From Chrysomallon squamiferum (Eukaryota; Animalia; Mollusca), in assembly GCA_012295275.1 (NCBI GenBank), contig CM022672.1:15996001-16060000 (forward strand): a stretch of 64,000 nucleotides of DNA, given 5' to 3'. The notes beneath the pieces were generated by a model. It saw only the letters and a list, made by a program, of their open reading frames with translations. It was not told where the DNA came from and did not search any database. Position numbers and translations under genes: made by a program. Below, in pieces: positions 1-13,300 of this stretch (positions are counted from its first letter, which is position 1; each line of letters starts with the position of its first letter).

Positions 1-334
1 AAATGAAGTCTCAGTTTCTTCTTCATTTAGCTTTTTTTACTTGCATTCTATTTCCTCGTTGTTTATGAGTCTGTATATACATGAAATGTTTTTAAATAAA
101 AGAATTTCAATGTTTTTAAAATAAAAGAATTTCAAAAGTATTTTAAAAATTTAAATAAATGTTAAGAAACAAATAAGTAAAACTAAAACATATTCTGAAA
201 TGAATAAATAATTAAATTTCTAAAACATTTCAAAAATAAATAAATAAACATAATTCAGATGTAAGTGAAGGAAATGTTTGCCTGGGGTCTTTAACCTGCG
301 AAGTTTAAAAATGTACATTTAAATACTAACTTAC

Positions 335-353
335 CTTTGATGGCCTGTCGAAC
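335..353 (-). CDS. Candidate 19-nt internal microexon (phase 2 in, phase 0 out: [R]FDRPSK) of an unidentified gene
   Basis: Minus strand reads tttgttttaag|GTTCGACAGGCCATCAAAG|gtaagt. It has a consensus donor and a T-rich acceptor, is GC-richer than its flanks, and is open in the phase left by the upstream candidate exons. Confidence 0.6.
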
Positions 354-2686
354 CTTAAAACAAACTGATAAAGCATTTTGTTAAAAGGAAAAATCTTTTT
401 TCTAACTCAGTGCACAAAATGTATTTCTCCACAAAATGTCAAAAGTCAAGTGCTTTTTCTTCTTTCTTTTTTGAAAAAAATGACAATTTAGTTTCCTTTA
501 AATTTTTCTTTCTTTTCTTTTGTTTTCTTTTAAAAAAAATAAACAACAACAAAAAAGCTTTTATGTTCAAGTAGATTTTGTGTGTACTTAAATTAATGAA
601 GGTTAACTAAAAAAACAAAGTAACTATTTTTACTCAGATTGATTTAAAATCCTATTTTGAGGCAAATGATGATTTTTTAATACGATTTACAAGTGAAATC
701 GTCTTTCATTAAAACACTTGTAAGTCGTAAGTAATCAGATTTATTTAGCATTTTCATTAAGGTTAAGATATAATGCACTTCAGGCATTTTTAATTTTGAT
801 TAGTAATGCAATATAAATTTTATTACATATATAACTTATTAAAGCATACTTATGATAATAATAATGATGATGATGATTATGATGATGATAAAGATAATAT
901 AATAAATATAACAATAATAAATAAATAAATTGATGTTCAAATGTTAAAAAAATACTTGTATGTTTAGAAAAAAAACTAATTTTATTTTGTGCGTGTGTTT
1001 CATAAAGAACATAAATATTTTACACAGTCAAGTTCACACATTGGAAAAAGTTGAAATATTCAAATCAAACTGAATTAAAAATTCTGATAATTAAACATAA
1101 AACTTCCATAAATTCAATAATACAGTCTGCTTTATTTATTTATATTTATTTATTTTGTTTATTCATTTTCTTTTTCTGAATTTAGTGATTGCATTTAATG
1201 CCACATAATAATAATATTAATATTAATAATAATAACAGCAAAGCTTCTTTGATGCATTCTTCATTTTTTTATTTGTTTTATGCTTTAATCTTTTTTTTGG
1301 GGGGACAGGGTCTTTTGTGTTTATTTGTGCTATTTTAAAAAAATATTTTTTGACTGTTTACAATTTTTTTCTTTTCATTTTTCTAGCTGTTTTTTTTTTT
1401 GTTTCTTTTCTTCATTTTTTGCCACTCCCCTCTGATATTACATTCATGACGGAATTCTATTGAAGTTATTTCCTACCTACACAAAACCTTTGATTAACGC
1501 TAATGTCAAGGTAAACTTAATATTTCAAAGCAAACTATGACAGGTAAATATTTTTATTGGTGCATGGCTTTTTATATGTTAATAAATATTTATTTGTCAG
1601 CATTTAATAACAGTGACTTTTTTCTTTTTAATCAATGAATTATTATCAAAATCTTTACTAAAACCTCAATACATGATCACAGACAACATTATAATTTTTA
1701 TTTACTTATTTATTCTAATATCAGGTAATAACATTTTAAACACAGTCATACATTAATTATGGTGATGTTTTAAAAAAAAATAATTAAAAAAGAATAAAAC
1801 TAATAATGTGTATATGCCAAAATCCCAATTAAGATTTGATCTTGTAATTCTTCACAGCTTATGCAAAATCTCTGTCATTGACTAACAGCCAGATTTAGTG
1901 AGTAAATCGGAGAAAACATTGATTTGCATTCCGTTATAAATAAAGAAAATATGAGAAAAAAAAAAATAGAAACTGACTTTGAAAGACACCTTCAGAATTC
2001 CTTTCATCTGTCGTTTGTTGTGTTACCTGTATACAACACTGAATTGATTTTATAATTTTTTTTCGACCTTTTAATTTACACTCATTAATGAAACTTTTTA
2101 CCCTGAATAATTCATGAGCTGTAAAAACATATGTATCCATAACAGAAAAACAGATTATGTAAAATAAATTTGAAAAAACTTGTGTTTAAAAAAATACAAT
2201 AGATTGAACATCTCATATTGATGACACTTTAACGTGACTAATTGTTGTTAAAGGTAAGACATTGTAATTTTTTTTTTTTTTAAAGATAAAACATGGAAAT
2301 GAATTTTTGGATTTTACTCATAGCCAAACACCTCATGATCTAAATGATTTAGAATGTTTCTTGCAAGCCATGCATCTCATGATTAAACCCTTAATGAATT
2401 ACTAAGATTTGATCTGACAAAATAATTTAATGGAAAAAAATATATATATACATATTATTAATAACAGAAATTTATATGAAACAGAAGATGAAAATTTTGA
2501 TTTTCTCAGAGGTAAGCATTGTTGTATTTGAGGATTATTGTTGTGATGTTATGGATGTGTATAACTTTGATGTTTGTATTGTTATTCAATGATTAACAAC
2601 AGAATCAAAGATAAATTACATGTTTAGAGGTAGTATATCATGGTATATCAACTATATTTTAAATAAAATAAAATATGAAAAGATTT

Positions 2687-2744
2687 ACACAGACACACAC
2701 AACACACACTCAGATACACATAGAAAGACTCACACACACAGACA

Positions 2745-2801
<57 letters not shown>

Positions 2802-2828
2802 ACACACACATACAAACATAAACACATA
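2687..2828. repeat. (AC)n microsatellite
   Basis: Directly visible. Confidence 0.95.
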
Positions 2829-4028
2829 ATGCATCAAATTCAATACAATTTCATCAATTTCTTTCTATCAATGTTTATTTATTTATTTACTTACTTCTAG
2901 AGTTTCATTCTACATGTAATCATCATTCAGAAATTATAATTAATGATAATTATATGTTTAGCCAACAAGTAACACAATTACCTCCCTTTTCTTTGTTATG
3001 AAAAATTAAAAAATTCATCTGGCAGTTTGTAACTCTGTCTCAAAACAAACACCAAGCTGACAAAGTCTGTGAAACACATAAAATATTAAACTATTAACTG
3101 ACATTTGTCACAAAAGAAAAAACGCTAAACTTTTACAAAACATGCAACAGAGCTTGAAGATTTTTTTAATCAGAAATAAAAACATCAACAAACAAAAGAA
3201 ACACATATATATATTTAGCTATTTATCCATAATGCATATGGACAGATGTACAGATGAATGGATGGATGGACTCACAAAGGTGACTGACTGCAAGTCAGAG
3301 GTCGCTGGTTAATTATAATGAGCAGGGTAATGAGCGATTGAGTCACAAGAAGGCTCATAAAATTAATTTAATCAGCAGCAAACTTTCTCTTCCTTCAGCA
3401 GTGGGTTCAAAACTTGAGAAAGATCAACTGATTGGCTGAGTTACTATTTCTTACTAACACGGTTCTTATTTTATTTTATTTTTATTTACATTTGAATATT
3501 CTTTTTCTGTCTCTTAATATTTCCTTTATTTAAAGTTGATTATTTGAGAGAAAAACAAAAAAAAAAAAAAAAATTTTTTTTATTCCTATACCTTTTTTCA
3601 CCCCTTTATTTTCATATTTTGTGTCTTTTAATTTTTCTATTTATTCTTAATTTTTCACTTTAATATTTTATTTTTTTACTTCATACATTTTATTTCTTTC
3701 TGATTTATTTTAAAAAATTACAAACATTTTGTTTCTTCACCTAATAAAAAAAAAAAAATAAAATAAAATAAATATATACATATTTGAAATAGAAAACAGC
3801 AGTTTTCTTCCATACAGTTGTTATGATAATCACGTGTGTGTAGCAAAGTGGGTAATTTTCTGTGTAGTAATTTACACAGTGTGAGATCACGGAGTTAGAT
3901 CCTGGTTACAGTTTATGCAGTTACCTGTCAGCTATCAAATAAATGTCATAACATATGACGTAAATACCATTGTTAATTGTTTATTGTTAGTACATAAATA
4001 TGTCACTGGTTCCATCAGTATACAAGTG

Positions 4029-4067
<39 letters not shown>

Positions 4068-4177
4068 GTGTGTGTGTGTGTTTAAAACACAAAAACAAAA
4101 TACAAGTGTATACACACACACACTTACTATTATATGTTATATGTGTGTTATTGTAAATATCTAGTTCATTTAATCAA

Positions 4178-4400
4178 GTGATATTTTTATCTTTCACTTC
4201 ACTATTGTGATATTATCTTTTACTTCAAGTTTGTGATATTTTGACCATTCATTGCAGTAGTGTTCTATTTTTATCATACACTTCAATTTTTGTAATACTT
4301 TCATCTTTCATTGTAATAATAAAATTTGTGCTATTTTCATTTATTGCTTCAATTTTGTGAATTTTCTATTTCACTTCAATTTTGTGATATTTTCACTACT
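4178..4400. repeat. Degenerate tandem repeat of about 29 bp
   Basis: Recurring TTGTGATATTTTCATCTTTCACTTCAA-like units. Confidence 0.7.
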
Positions 4401-5615
4401 TTTTCTTAGCCAATACACAAGACATACATACAAACACGCAGACAATTTACAGACATTCTAAATAAAATGTACAAGGTCCACCAAGACCACCGTGCCAAGG
4501 AATAAACAGAATTATTTGTCAACTGAAGGTCGTTGTTGTAATTTCATGAAACAAGTCACTAAGAGTAAAATTAACTCGCTGCACTCAAGCACCTCCCAGT
4601 GCCGAAAGGAACATTTATTTCAGAATGTTGTTCAGTATAAATGATGACAGAAGATTCAGACTCTATCATTTCCACTGAATTAGGCCAATTACATAAAAAT
4701 AAATGCTGTTTTTTTTCTCTTTATTTTTATTATTATTATTTTTTTTTTTTATATAAAAATGATAATAGACATTTTTGTTTTTGGCTCCTAGCCTTAAGAC
4801 AATGATATATCTGTTCCCTGCCCCCCCCAAATTTTCCCTTTAAGAAAACCCCCCAAAACCCCCAGATAATACAAAGAAAGTTTTCCAAATTAACATGAGG
4901 AATAATTTTGTTTTTTAATTTTCATTTTTGAAGAGACTGAAATAATCATAAAATAGTGAATTTTAATGATGAATAAATTTTGAATTACGAAAAAATAAAT
5001 ACATAAATACATAAAGGTATTTATTTCTAAAGTTATGTATGATTAAAGCAAAACAAAACATGCTTTGTAATATTATTTACATTTTAAATACTAAAAAAAC
5101 AACAACATAAAACCATAGAATTAAAATGTGACCAAGTTATGAAACCAAAAAACTTAACCAAGATGACTGAAGATTAAGACTTGTTTTTGAAATTGTATTT
5201 TTAAAATATAAAAAAAATAACAAAGATAAAAGTATTCTTAAACATTCTGAAACATAACAGATTAAAAAAAATAATAATAAATATAAAAAAATGGTCAAAG
5301 GAAATTGTGAAGAATCATATTCAAAAATGAAAATAAAAGAAGACAAAAAAAAAGGAAAATGGAAAACTTTTATAAAGATGTAATTTTAAAAATTTAAAAA
5401 TACAAATATAAAAAGTTCTAGATCCAATAAATTTGTGAAATGAAAGATGCCATTTGCATATGATACACAAGAAGAAGAACCTTTTTTTTTCTCTTTTTTT
5501 CTACACAGGCCCCATCAAATATAATGTCAGCCTGCAAAATGAGAAGAATAACTAGTTCTGGTTGCCAGCCTGGGTCAGTTTGGTACACATCTGTACTAAA
5601 TGATCTCCAAGTTTA

Positions 5616-5654
<39 letters not shown>

Positions 5655-5946
5655 TTTTTTTGTTGGGAGGGAGATTTTTCCAGAGCTGGGTCTGAAAATT
5701 GTAGGTATACATATATATATGAACACATGTACTTGATCTGACAGTGCACTGACACAAATCCTTTACATAACAACATCAACCCTAATTACATGCCTTGCCT
5801 ACTGCTTTCCCCTGGTAATTAATGTGAAACTTGTATATGAACAACTGGTATGGCGAGGCAGAGGGTTAGCGATTGAGATCTGGTGGTATGTTGAACAGAA
5901 TAGCAGGATAAGAGAAGGTAGACACAGATTAAGAGAGATAGAATAA

Positions 5947-6270
<324 letters not shown>

Positions 6271-7492
6271 AAACATTTCATGAGAAGAATGTGAGAAGAT
6301 GAGAAGTTAAATCGAAATGCGTGTAAGACAGCAAGGATTGTTTATAACCACACTAAAGTGTGGATGTATCCTGTCAAAGTATTTAATCGTAGTAATAATG
6401 TTACTGGCATCCACTGCACAACACCAAATGAGTTAACACAAGACACGTGTTTTTGGTAAAGGATATAGGCGGGACAGGGAACATGTTTAAACAATTTTAT
6501 TAAACAGGTCTCCACTTGATCTACATCCAATTAGTTGTCTTTAATAGCTGCAAGAGACTGAGTGGTTTGTGTGTGTGTGTGTGTGTGTGTGTGTTTCCAA
6601 GGTTCATATATGAAAAAGAAAGTGTATATATTTCTATCATTTAAAACAAAAATTTCATTCACCCATGAAAAAATTTGCTTAGTTATTTGCATGTTTTTGA
6701 TTCTCCTTCCATTTCATTCACCACAAAATAATTTCAGTCACCCTTAGTGACCCATTCACCCATTTAAGAAACACTGGTCTATCTAACATCCCACTTAACA
6801 AATGTGAACAAAGTTCCATTACTTCTTACAAAAACTGTAGATAATAATAGTATATATAAAACAAAGAAAGAGGGAAGAAAAGAAACTAAAAATAATAATA
6901 ATAATATTTAATATAAAACATATTTTGTTAATTTTTTTAAATTATTTATTATTCATTTAAAATAGATTTAAAAAAAAATAGAAATAAAAAAAATAATAAT
7001 AAAAAAAAAATCTTTAATATTAACTGATCATGACAAAAGTCCTTTCAGTGTTTTTAACAAAATCTGAGAAACTGTTCTTCAGATGATGCGACAGATATTT
7101 GAAAGTGTAATTAATGAAGTTGAATATTAAAACAAATGCAGTGAAAATGACTTTGTGAAACGAATGTTTTGTTTTTTAATACTGACGTAACTGTGTCAGG
7201 TCTTGTTCATATTTCAATCAATGTCAGGTTGCAAAATCTGCTGTGTAGCAAAAAAAAAAAAAAAAAAAATAAATAAAAAAATTTAAAAAATGTGTGTCCA
7301 AGCCCAGAATCATCACAAAAAAGTTACAGGGTCATAAGGCCATTTTTGACTTAAATACTTTTTTTTATTTTTTTTATTAATATTATTTTTGTATTGTCTG
7401 TGCATTTGTGTGTATGTTTGTGAATTTTGGAGTTTATGTTTCAGGGTGTGTGCTTTTAAAAAAATGATTACCAATAAGTACACAAAACTTAC

Positions 7493-7504
7493 CTGTGGTT
7501 GCTG
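7493..7504 (-). CDS. Candidate 12-nt (or 9-nt) frame-preserving microexon with a NAGNAG acceptor ([S]SNH[R])
   Basis: Minus strand reads ttatttttttatataattatgtag|CAG CAACCACAG|gtaagt. The donor CAG|GTAAGT is perfect and a long AG-free T-rich tract lies upstream. Confidence 0.4.
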
Positions 7505-7794
7505 CTACATAATTATATAAAAAAATAAATAATAATAATTATAATAAAAAAATGTATTAAAAACAACTTATAACCATTAAATTATAAAATGTCTTGAAAT
7601 ATTATTAAAAAAAAATTGAATATTTGTTTCTCAGTGTCTCATCATTTTTTGATAAAAGTTATTATATGTCATTTAATTCCTGTCAAACTGGATTTAACAA
7701 TTTGTCAGTAAAGTGATAAATAAATAAAGACAGAAACTATAAAATAACAAAAAAAAAGAAGAAAGAAAACAAAACCTCCTTTATTTTCAATTTG

Positions 7795-7843
<49 letters not shown>

Positions 7844-9728
7844 TTGTTATAATTTAAATAATACAATTCAAAATAAGTAAAACAATAAATATATAATTTT
7901 GACTGATTTAACTTATTATGTAACGTTTTGAAGATTTTGCAATGAAAAATATTTTAAAATAGAAAGGCAAAACATTTTATTTCATATAAGATAACTATTT
8001 TCTTCAAGAAAAAGTTTAAATAAATAAATAAGAAGATAAATAAATAAACAAAAGTAAAAATAAATAAATAAAAGTACAGGTAAAAAAAGAAAAACAAATA
8101 AATTTAAAATGATTTTGCATTAAGAACATAGAGGTAAGTAAATAAAGCATAAAAAAAAAATTATAATATAATTTCTTTAAAATATTAAAAGTAAATAAAC
8201 AAAAGGAAATAAACACTAATCAAATGTACATTTGTATTTGCGATATCAAAGATGCTTTGAAAAAAAGATAAACAAATTGAAAAGGTCAAATATTTTTGAT
8301 GTGTCAGACACGGAAGATCTCAAGTAGGGAGCTCACAACATGAGTCTATTTAAAGGTAAATGAAGGTGACAGGAAGTCAGACCACAAAATGATAACTTTC
8401 TCAATGTCAACGACATACACACACAGCAGGGGGGTAAATCAACACCACATAAACATCCACCAGCCTGAACTGGTACAAATTAAAATAGAAAACATAAAAC
8501 AGATCATCAAAAAAGAAAAAAAAAAGAAATTAAAAAAAGCCTGTTCCATGTACAGATGATGTTCTATTTATATAAAGCAGGACTGATGAATACAACATTT
8601 AATGGTTTCAGATGGGTGGAGGAACATAATGCAAGGAATCATATTAACGAAAAAAGAGATGTTTGAAAGTGATTTCATTAAAAAAAAAAAAAAAAAAAAA
8701 ATGTGTGTGTGTGTGTGTGGACAGAGAGAGAGTGTTCATGTATTTTGTCTGTACTAAACACCCAATTTTCAGTTCAAAATTACCAAATGTGCATTCTGTG
8801 ACCTTGACCCTTGTACAGACAGGATCATTCTACCTCTCTGTGTTTATGTTAAAACAATAAAATAACAAAACAGAAAATGTAAAATTGGCATCCATCATAG
8901 ATACATGCACAACATGAATTCAGCTGTACTGTTTTCCACTGTTAATTTCACCAGTCAATCAACATAAAACTGACACTTGATTGACATGGTGTCTGGCTGT
9001 GAAAGCATTCTAAAACAAAGCCATTTAAATTTACTTAAAAACAAAAAATATGGGTAATTTCATAACTGAATATTTAAAAAAAAAAAAGTCTTCTTTTTAA
9101 ACAAGAAAAAGAAAAGAACGGGGAAGGTAATATTGTTTTTCTTGAAATTTTTAAACTAGAAATATTTTTTAATATTTTCTTCAATGATGGTGAGAGAGCG
9201 AGGAGAGAAGAAAGAATAAATAAAAATAAATAAATACATAGGTACGTAAAACAGTTGAATAGATAATTCTTTTTTTCCTTTTATTTATTTATTTATTTAT
9301 TTTGTACATTTTAAGAAATTATAAATATTTATGATAAAAAAAAAGATGTGATAAAGAACAAGTTAAAGAAAAGAAATGACAGGGCAAAAAAAAGTAAATA
9401 AATATATAAAAAAAGAAAAATAAATAAATAATAAAAAAGCCAAAGAAAAAGTAGAATATAAAGGGAGAAAAAAAAAAAAAAAAAAAAAAAAAACGGAAGA
9501 AAAAAGAAGAAGAAAAGAAGCAATGAAGAAAGTTGTGTATAAAACTGACAACGCGGTTTTATCTCAGGAGAGGAAATGTCAGCGCCACTGTAGCGATGCT
9601 GACTGTAGAACACAACAAACAGGTATACGAAGTACATCTCAGCCCGAAAACGACAGCAGCTGATAACACAACACATGGGATAAATTGCTTTGTACTGAAA
9701 ACATCGCCTAACACAACATAAACCATAC

Positions 9729-9796
9729 CTATCAGTGCCTTCCATCACGAGGCACAGAAAAGGTGATGAAATTAAATGATATAGTAAAGGAGTCAT
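9729..9796 (-). CDS. Candidate alternative first coding exon MTPLLYHLISSPFLCLVMEGTD[R] (or MEGTD[R] from the internal ATG)
   Basis: ATG followed by 22 codons and AG|gtatgg (phase 2). It sits next to a CpG-retaining patch at about 9550-9750. Confidence 0.4.
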
Positions 9797-10550
9797 TTTA
9801 ACGAGTTAACAAATTGTTTATGTAACCATGCTTGTTAACTTTTCAGTATACAGAAACAAAAAAAACAATATAATAATTTTTTAAAAGTATGAAATCCATA
9901 AGCTATAACATATGTGATATTTACAGGTGACAGAGAAAGAAAAAATAACACACAACAATAGTATCATTAATCAACATTATTGGAACAGTTTATATTTATT
10001 ATCATAAACTGTACACCTACACAATTTTGGGAAATATATATAAAAATAACATCCTGTTACTTAATTTATAGAGAAATAAATACTAGACTTATTATAGGAG
10101 TTCATTCAAATAGTCACCATTTGCAGTCTTACAAAAGCAAGTGAAGATTTAAAGAGTTTTAATTTGTTTTTTTTAATATTTAATATATACATTTGAAACA
10201 AAGGAAGTAAGAAGTATTTTAAATAATCAGGCACTCAAAGTTTTTCTAATCTATAATTAAATGTAATAATAAATAGAGTTAAGGACCACACAGTTAATAA
10301 AAGGAGAAAACCACTTTTGGCTTACTTTTTATACTGCGCCAAATGATCTTAATTGTGTATCTTTTCTTAAAAAGTAAAAAAAAAAAAAAAAATAATAATT
10401 GGCTAAAACTGTACAGCTTATATAAAAAATATATATATTTTTTAAATTCTATCTGTCTCTGTTTTGCACACCTCTCATTTTTTTTCTTGTTGTTGACTAT
10501 ATCTTTCAATCTATCTATCTATCTACATGTCTTTTCTCCCCAAGCTCACA

Positions 10551-10668
<118 letters not shown>

Positions 10669-11971
10669 CAGTATTCATCAAGTTATTTTTATTATATAAT
10701 CTGTAGAACGTTTTCACGTGAAAACAGCAGGCCAAAGAGAAAACAATCTGATAGTTTTATAAAAAGCAAAACTCCATGCTGTATTCCTGCACTGCTTTAA
10801 ATGTAAACAGTTTTGACAGTCTTACTAACCAAACTATCATTGAAAACTGCAGTGGTAATAGATGCCACATGTACACCAGCAACAATATCCAACAAAAAGT
10901 TATCTCCCCTTGTGGAACTCTCAAACCTGACAAGGTTGGAACTCTTCAGTGCGAGAAGGTAATATTTGAAAAATGGAATTATTGAGATTTCAGTTTCTGA
11001 ATACCATTATAATGTTTGTTATACTGCAATAAATCACAGAAAAATTGGCCAACATAATAATACCAAGAAATGATTAGAGAATATAAAAAATAAATAAAGT
11101 ACATGTGTGTAAATATTATTTTAGGCTGTGACATTGTTAGTAAAGTGAGTTTTACATCTTTCAGACAAATGTGACATTTCCATATGGCAACAATCTTGTT
11201 ATAGAGAAATATCATTTCAAATAATTATAAATATGTATGTGTGCATATGTATGTGTGTATGTATGCATGTATTTGTATGTGTGTCTGTTTGTATGTATGT
11301 TATAAAAAAGATATATTTCTAATTTGTTTTTAATATCAATTATTTTAAGAATATATTTTGTTCATCTTGTACCTATATTTTTTCTTGTATATAAATATAT
11401 CAGTTTTATTGTAACTATGATATGTTACTGTCATGTTATTAGGAATTGTTTGTTACTATCAACAAATGAACATATATTTATAGTACTTAAAGAAAAGAAA
11501 AAAAATAATTCATAAATTCACCCAAAATTGTGTATTTTCATGATCAAAGGAAAATTTTAAAAAGAATCAGATAAAATATTTTTTATAAAGTTGTTTTACA
11601 TATGTAAATTTGATATCATAACTGAAGTGCTTGTTTTTCTTTTGTTGTTTTTGTGTTTTACAAACTAAGCTGATAGGGAAATAGCTGCGGTGAACTTACA
11701 ATTGTCATCTGAAGAAAGTCTTCCAATACAGCGTAATAGAATCATACAGACAGGCAGTGAGACAGACAGTCAGACTCAGAGAATGATATAAAATCTTTGT
11801 AGCCACAGTCCTGTCATTTACAGCTTTATTTCACTTGTTTGTTTATTTGTCAGTGGGAGGAATTCATAAAGACCAGTTTGAAAAGTGAATACATGTTAAT
11901 CCAGTTGAGAGAGAGAAAAAAAAAACTTCAAATAAAGCATTTTAATACTGTGTGAGCATCTGTGAGTAGCC

Positions 11972-11996
11972 TGTGTGTGTGTGTGTGTGTGTGTAG

Positions 11997-12086
<90 letters not shown>

Positions 12087-12146
12087 GGACTAAATTTGAA
12101 ATGCCTCCATGTCTGCAATCCTCTTTTTATGTGCACATTTATGCAC

Positions 12147-12211
<65 letters not shown>
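11972..12211. repeat. (GT)n and (AG)n microsatellites
   Basis: (GT)n at about 11972-12084 and (AG)n at about 12150-12211. Confidence 0.95.
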
Positions 12212-12539
12212 AAGAGGGAAAGAAGGAAGGAGAGAGAAATAAGAGACAGAAAGAATGAAACTCACTCATGTTTACATAAAATCACAGATGTATGTAATGA
12301 AATACAGTTTATGATTATACTAACAGAGAGCCTGTCCAAACAAAAGTGCAAATATGCATCCTTAGGCATGGAAACTAACACACACAGTAACATACTCAGT
12401 CCACACTGAAATACTCTAATATGCAGATATATTACAGAACAGCATACATATACACATATAATACAGATTTATTAAACCAGAAACACATATATACATTACC
12501 ATTACAGATATATGCACAGAGACACGCAGAAACACACAA

Positions 12540-12571
<32 letters not shown>

Positions 12572-12974
12572 ACACTCACACACATGCAGGCATGCACACA
12601 CAGCCAATGTAGATTTAAAGCATACAACAAAATGCAAAGCAGTACTCAAGCACCAAGTGACACAAAACAAATTACTAGCAAAATAAAACTGGCAGTAAAA
12701 TTTTCAATATATCGTTATTCAAAAAGGACAAATCCATTAACCCACCCACCCCACCCCATAAAGAATAACTCCGTGTATTGGTTTAAGAAAGTGCACATAC
12801 ATAGATTGGGTGTTCTTTTCTGATGATAAGGCACAAATGGTTAAATTGCATTGCATTCATCTTGGACTCAGGTGAGAGATAAAAAATTTAAAAATGTGTT
12901 TTTAAATAAATAAAAGGGAAAACGTCCAGAATACAAGGGTGCTTGAAGAAGTAAAAAAAACAAAAAATATTTCT

Positions 12975-13300
12975 TAGCGGCCATCAATTCAATTCCTTGC
13001 ACACATCTTTGAAAACTAGGCGTAAATTGTCACCAAATATTTTTGAAGGAGGATAAAATTTCGCCGGGTGACACCCAAGAAAATTAAAAAGAGCCCAGGT
13101 CTTTGCTGCTGACTTTTCGAAACCGCATGCCTCAACCCAGCTCGGCTTAAAGTCCTGCTGGAGTGTCAACAGACACGGCATTCTGTGTGTCACACAACAA
13201 ATGAGGGACACGAACAATGTGTGTTGACCCCAGCAAAGTTCACCAGGTACAACTCGTTACAGGTGTGCAGTTCCTTCGTTGTAGTTGTAAAACGTGAGAC
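12975..13300. promoter_or_regulatory. CpG-retaining, non-repetitive patch; candidate cis-regulatory element
   Basis: Locally high GC and CpG (GCGGCC, TTCGCCGGG, TTCGAAACCGC, CTCGGC) with no convincing splice signals. Confidence 0.4.

Noticed and set aside
11700-11708. Minus-strand 9-nt microexon ttcttcag|ATGACAATT|gtaagt
   Set aside because: It creates a TGA stop in the phase-2 frame and has a short pyrimidine tract.
12837-12871. Plus-strand mini-exon MVKLHCIHLGL[R] with CAG|gtgaga
   Set aside because: It is isolated with no partner exons on the plus strand. It shows that ATG-to-donor patterns can arise by chance.
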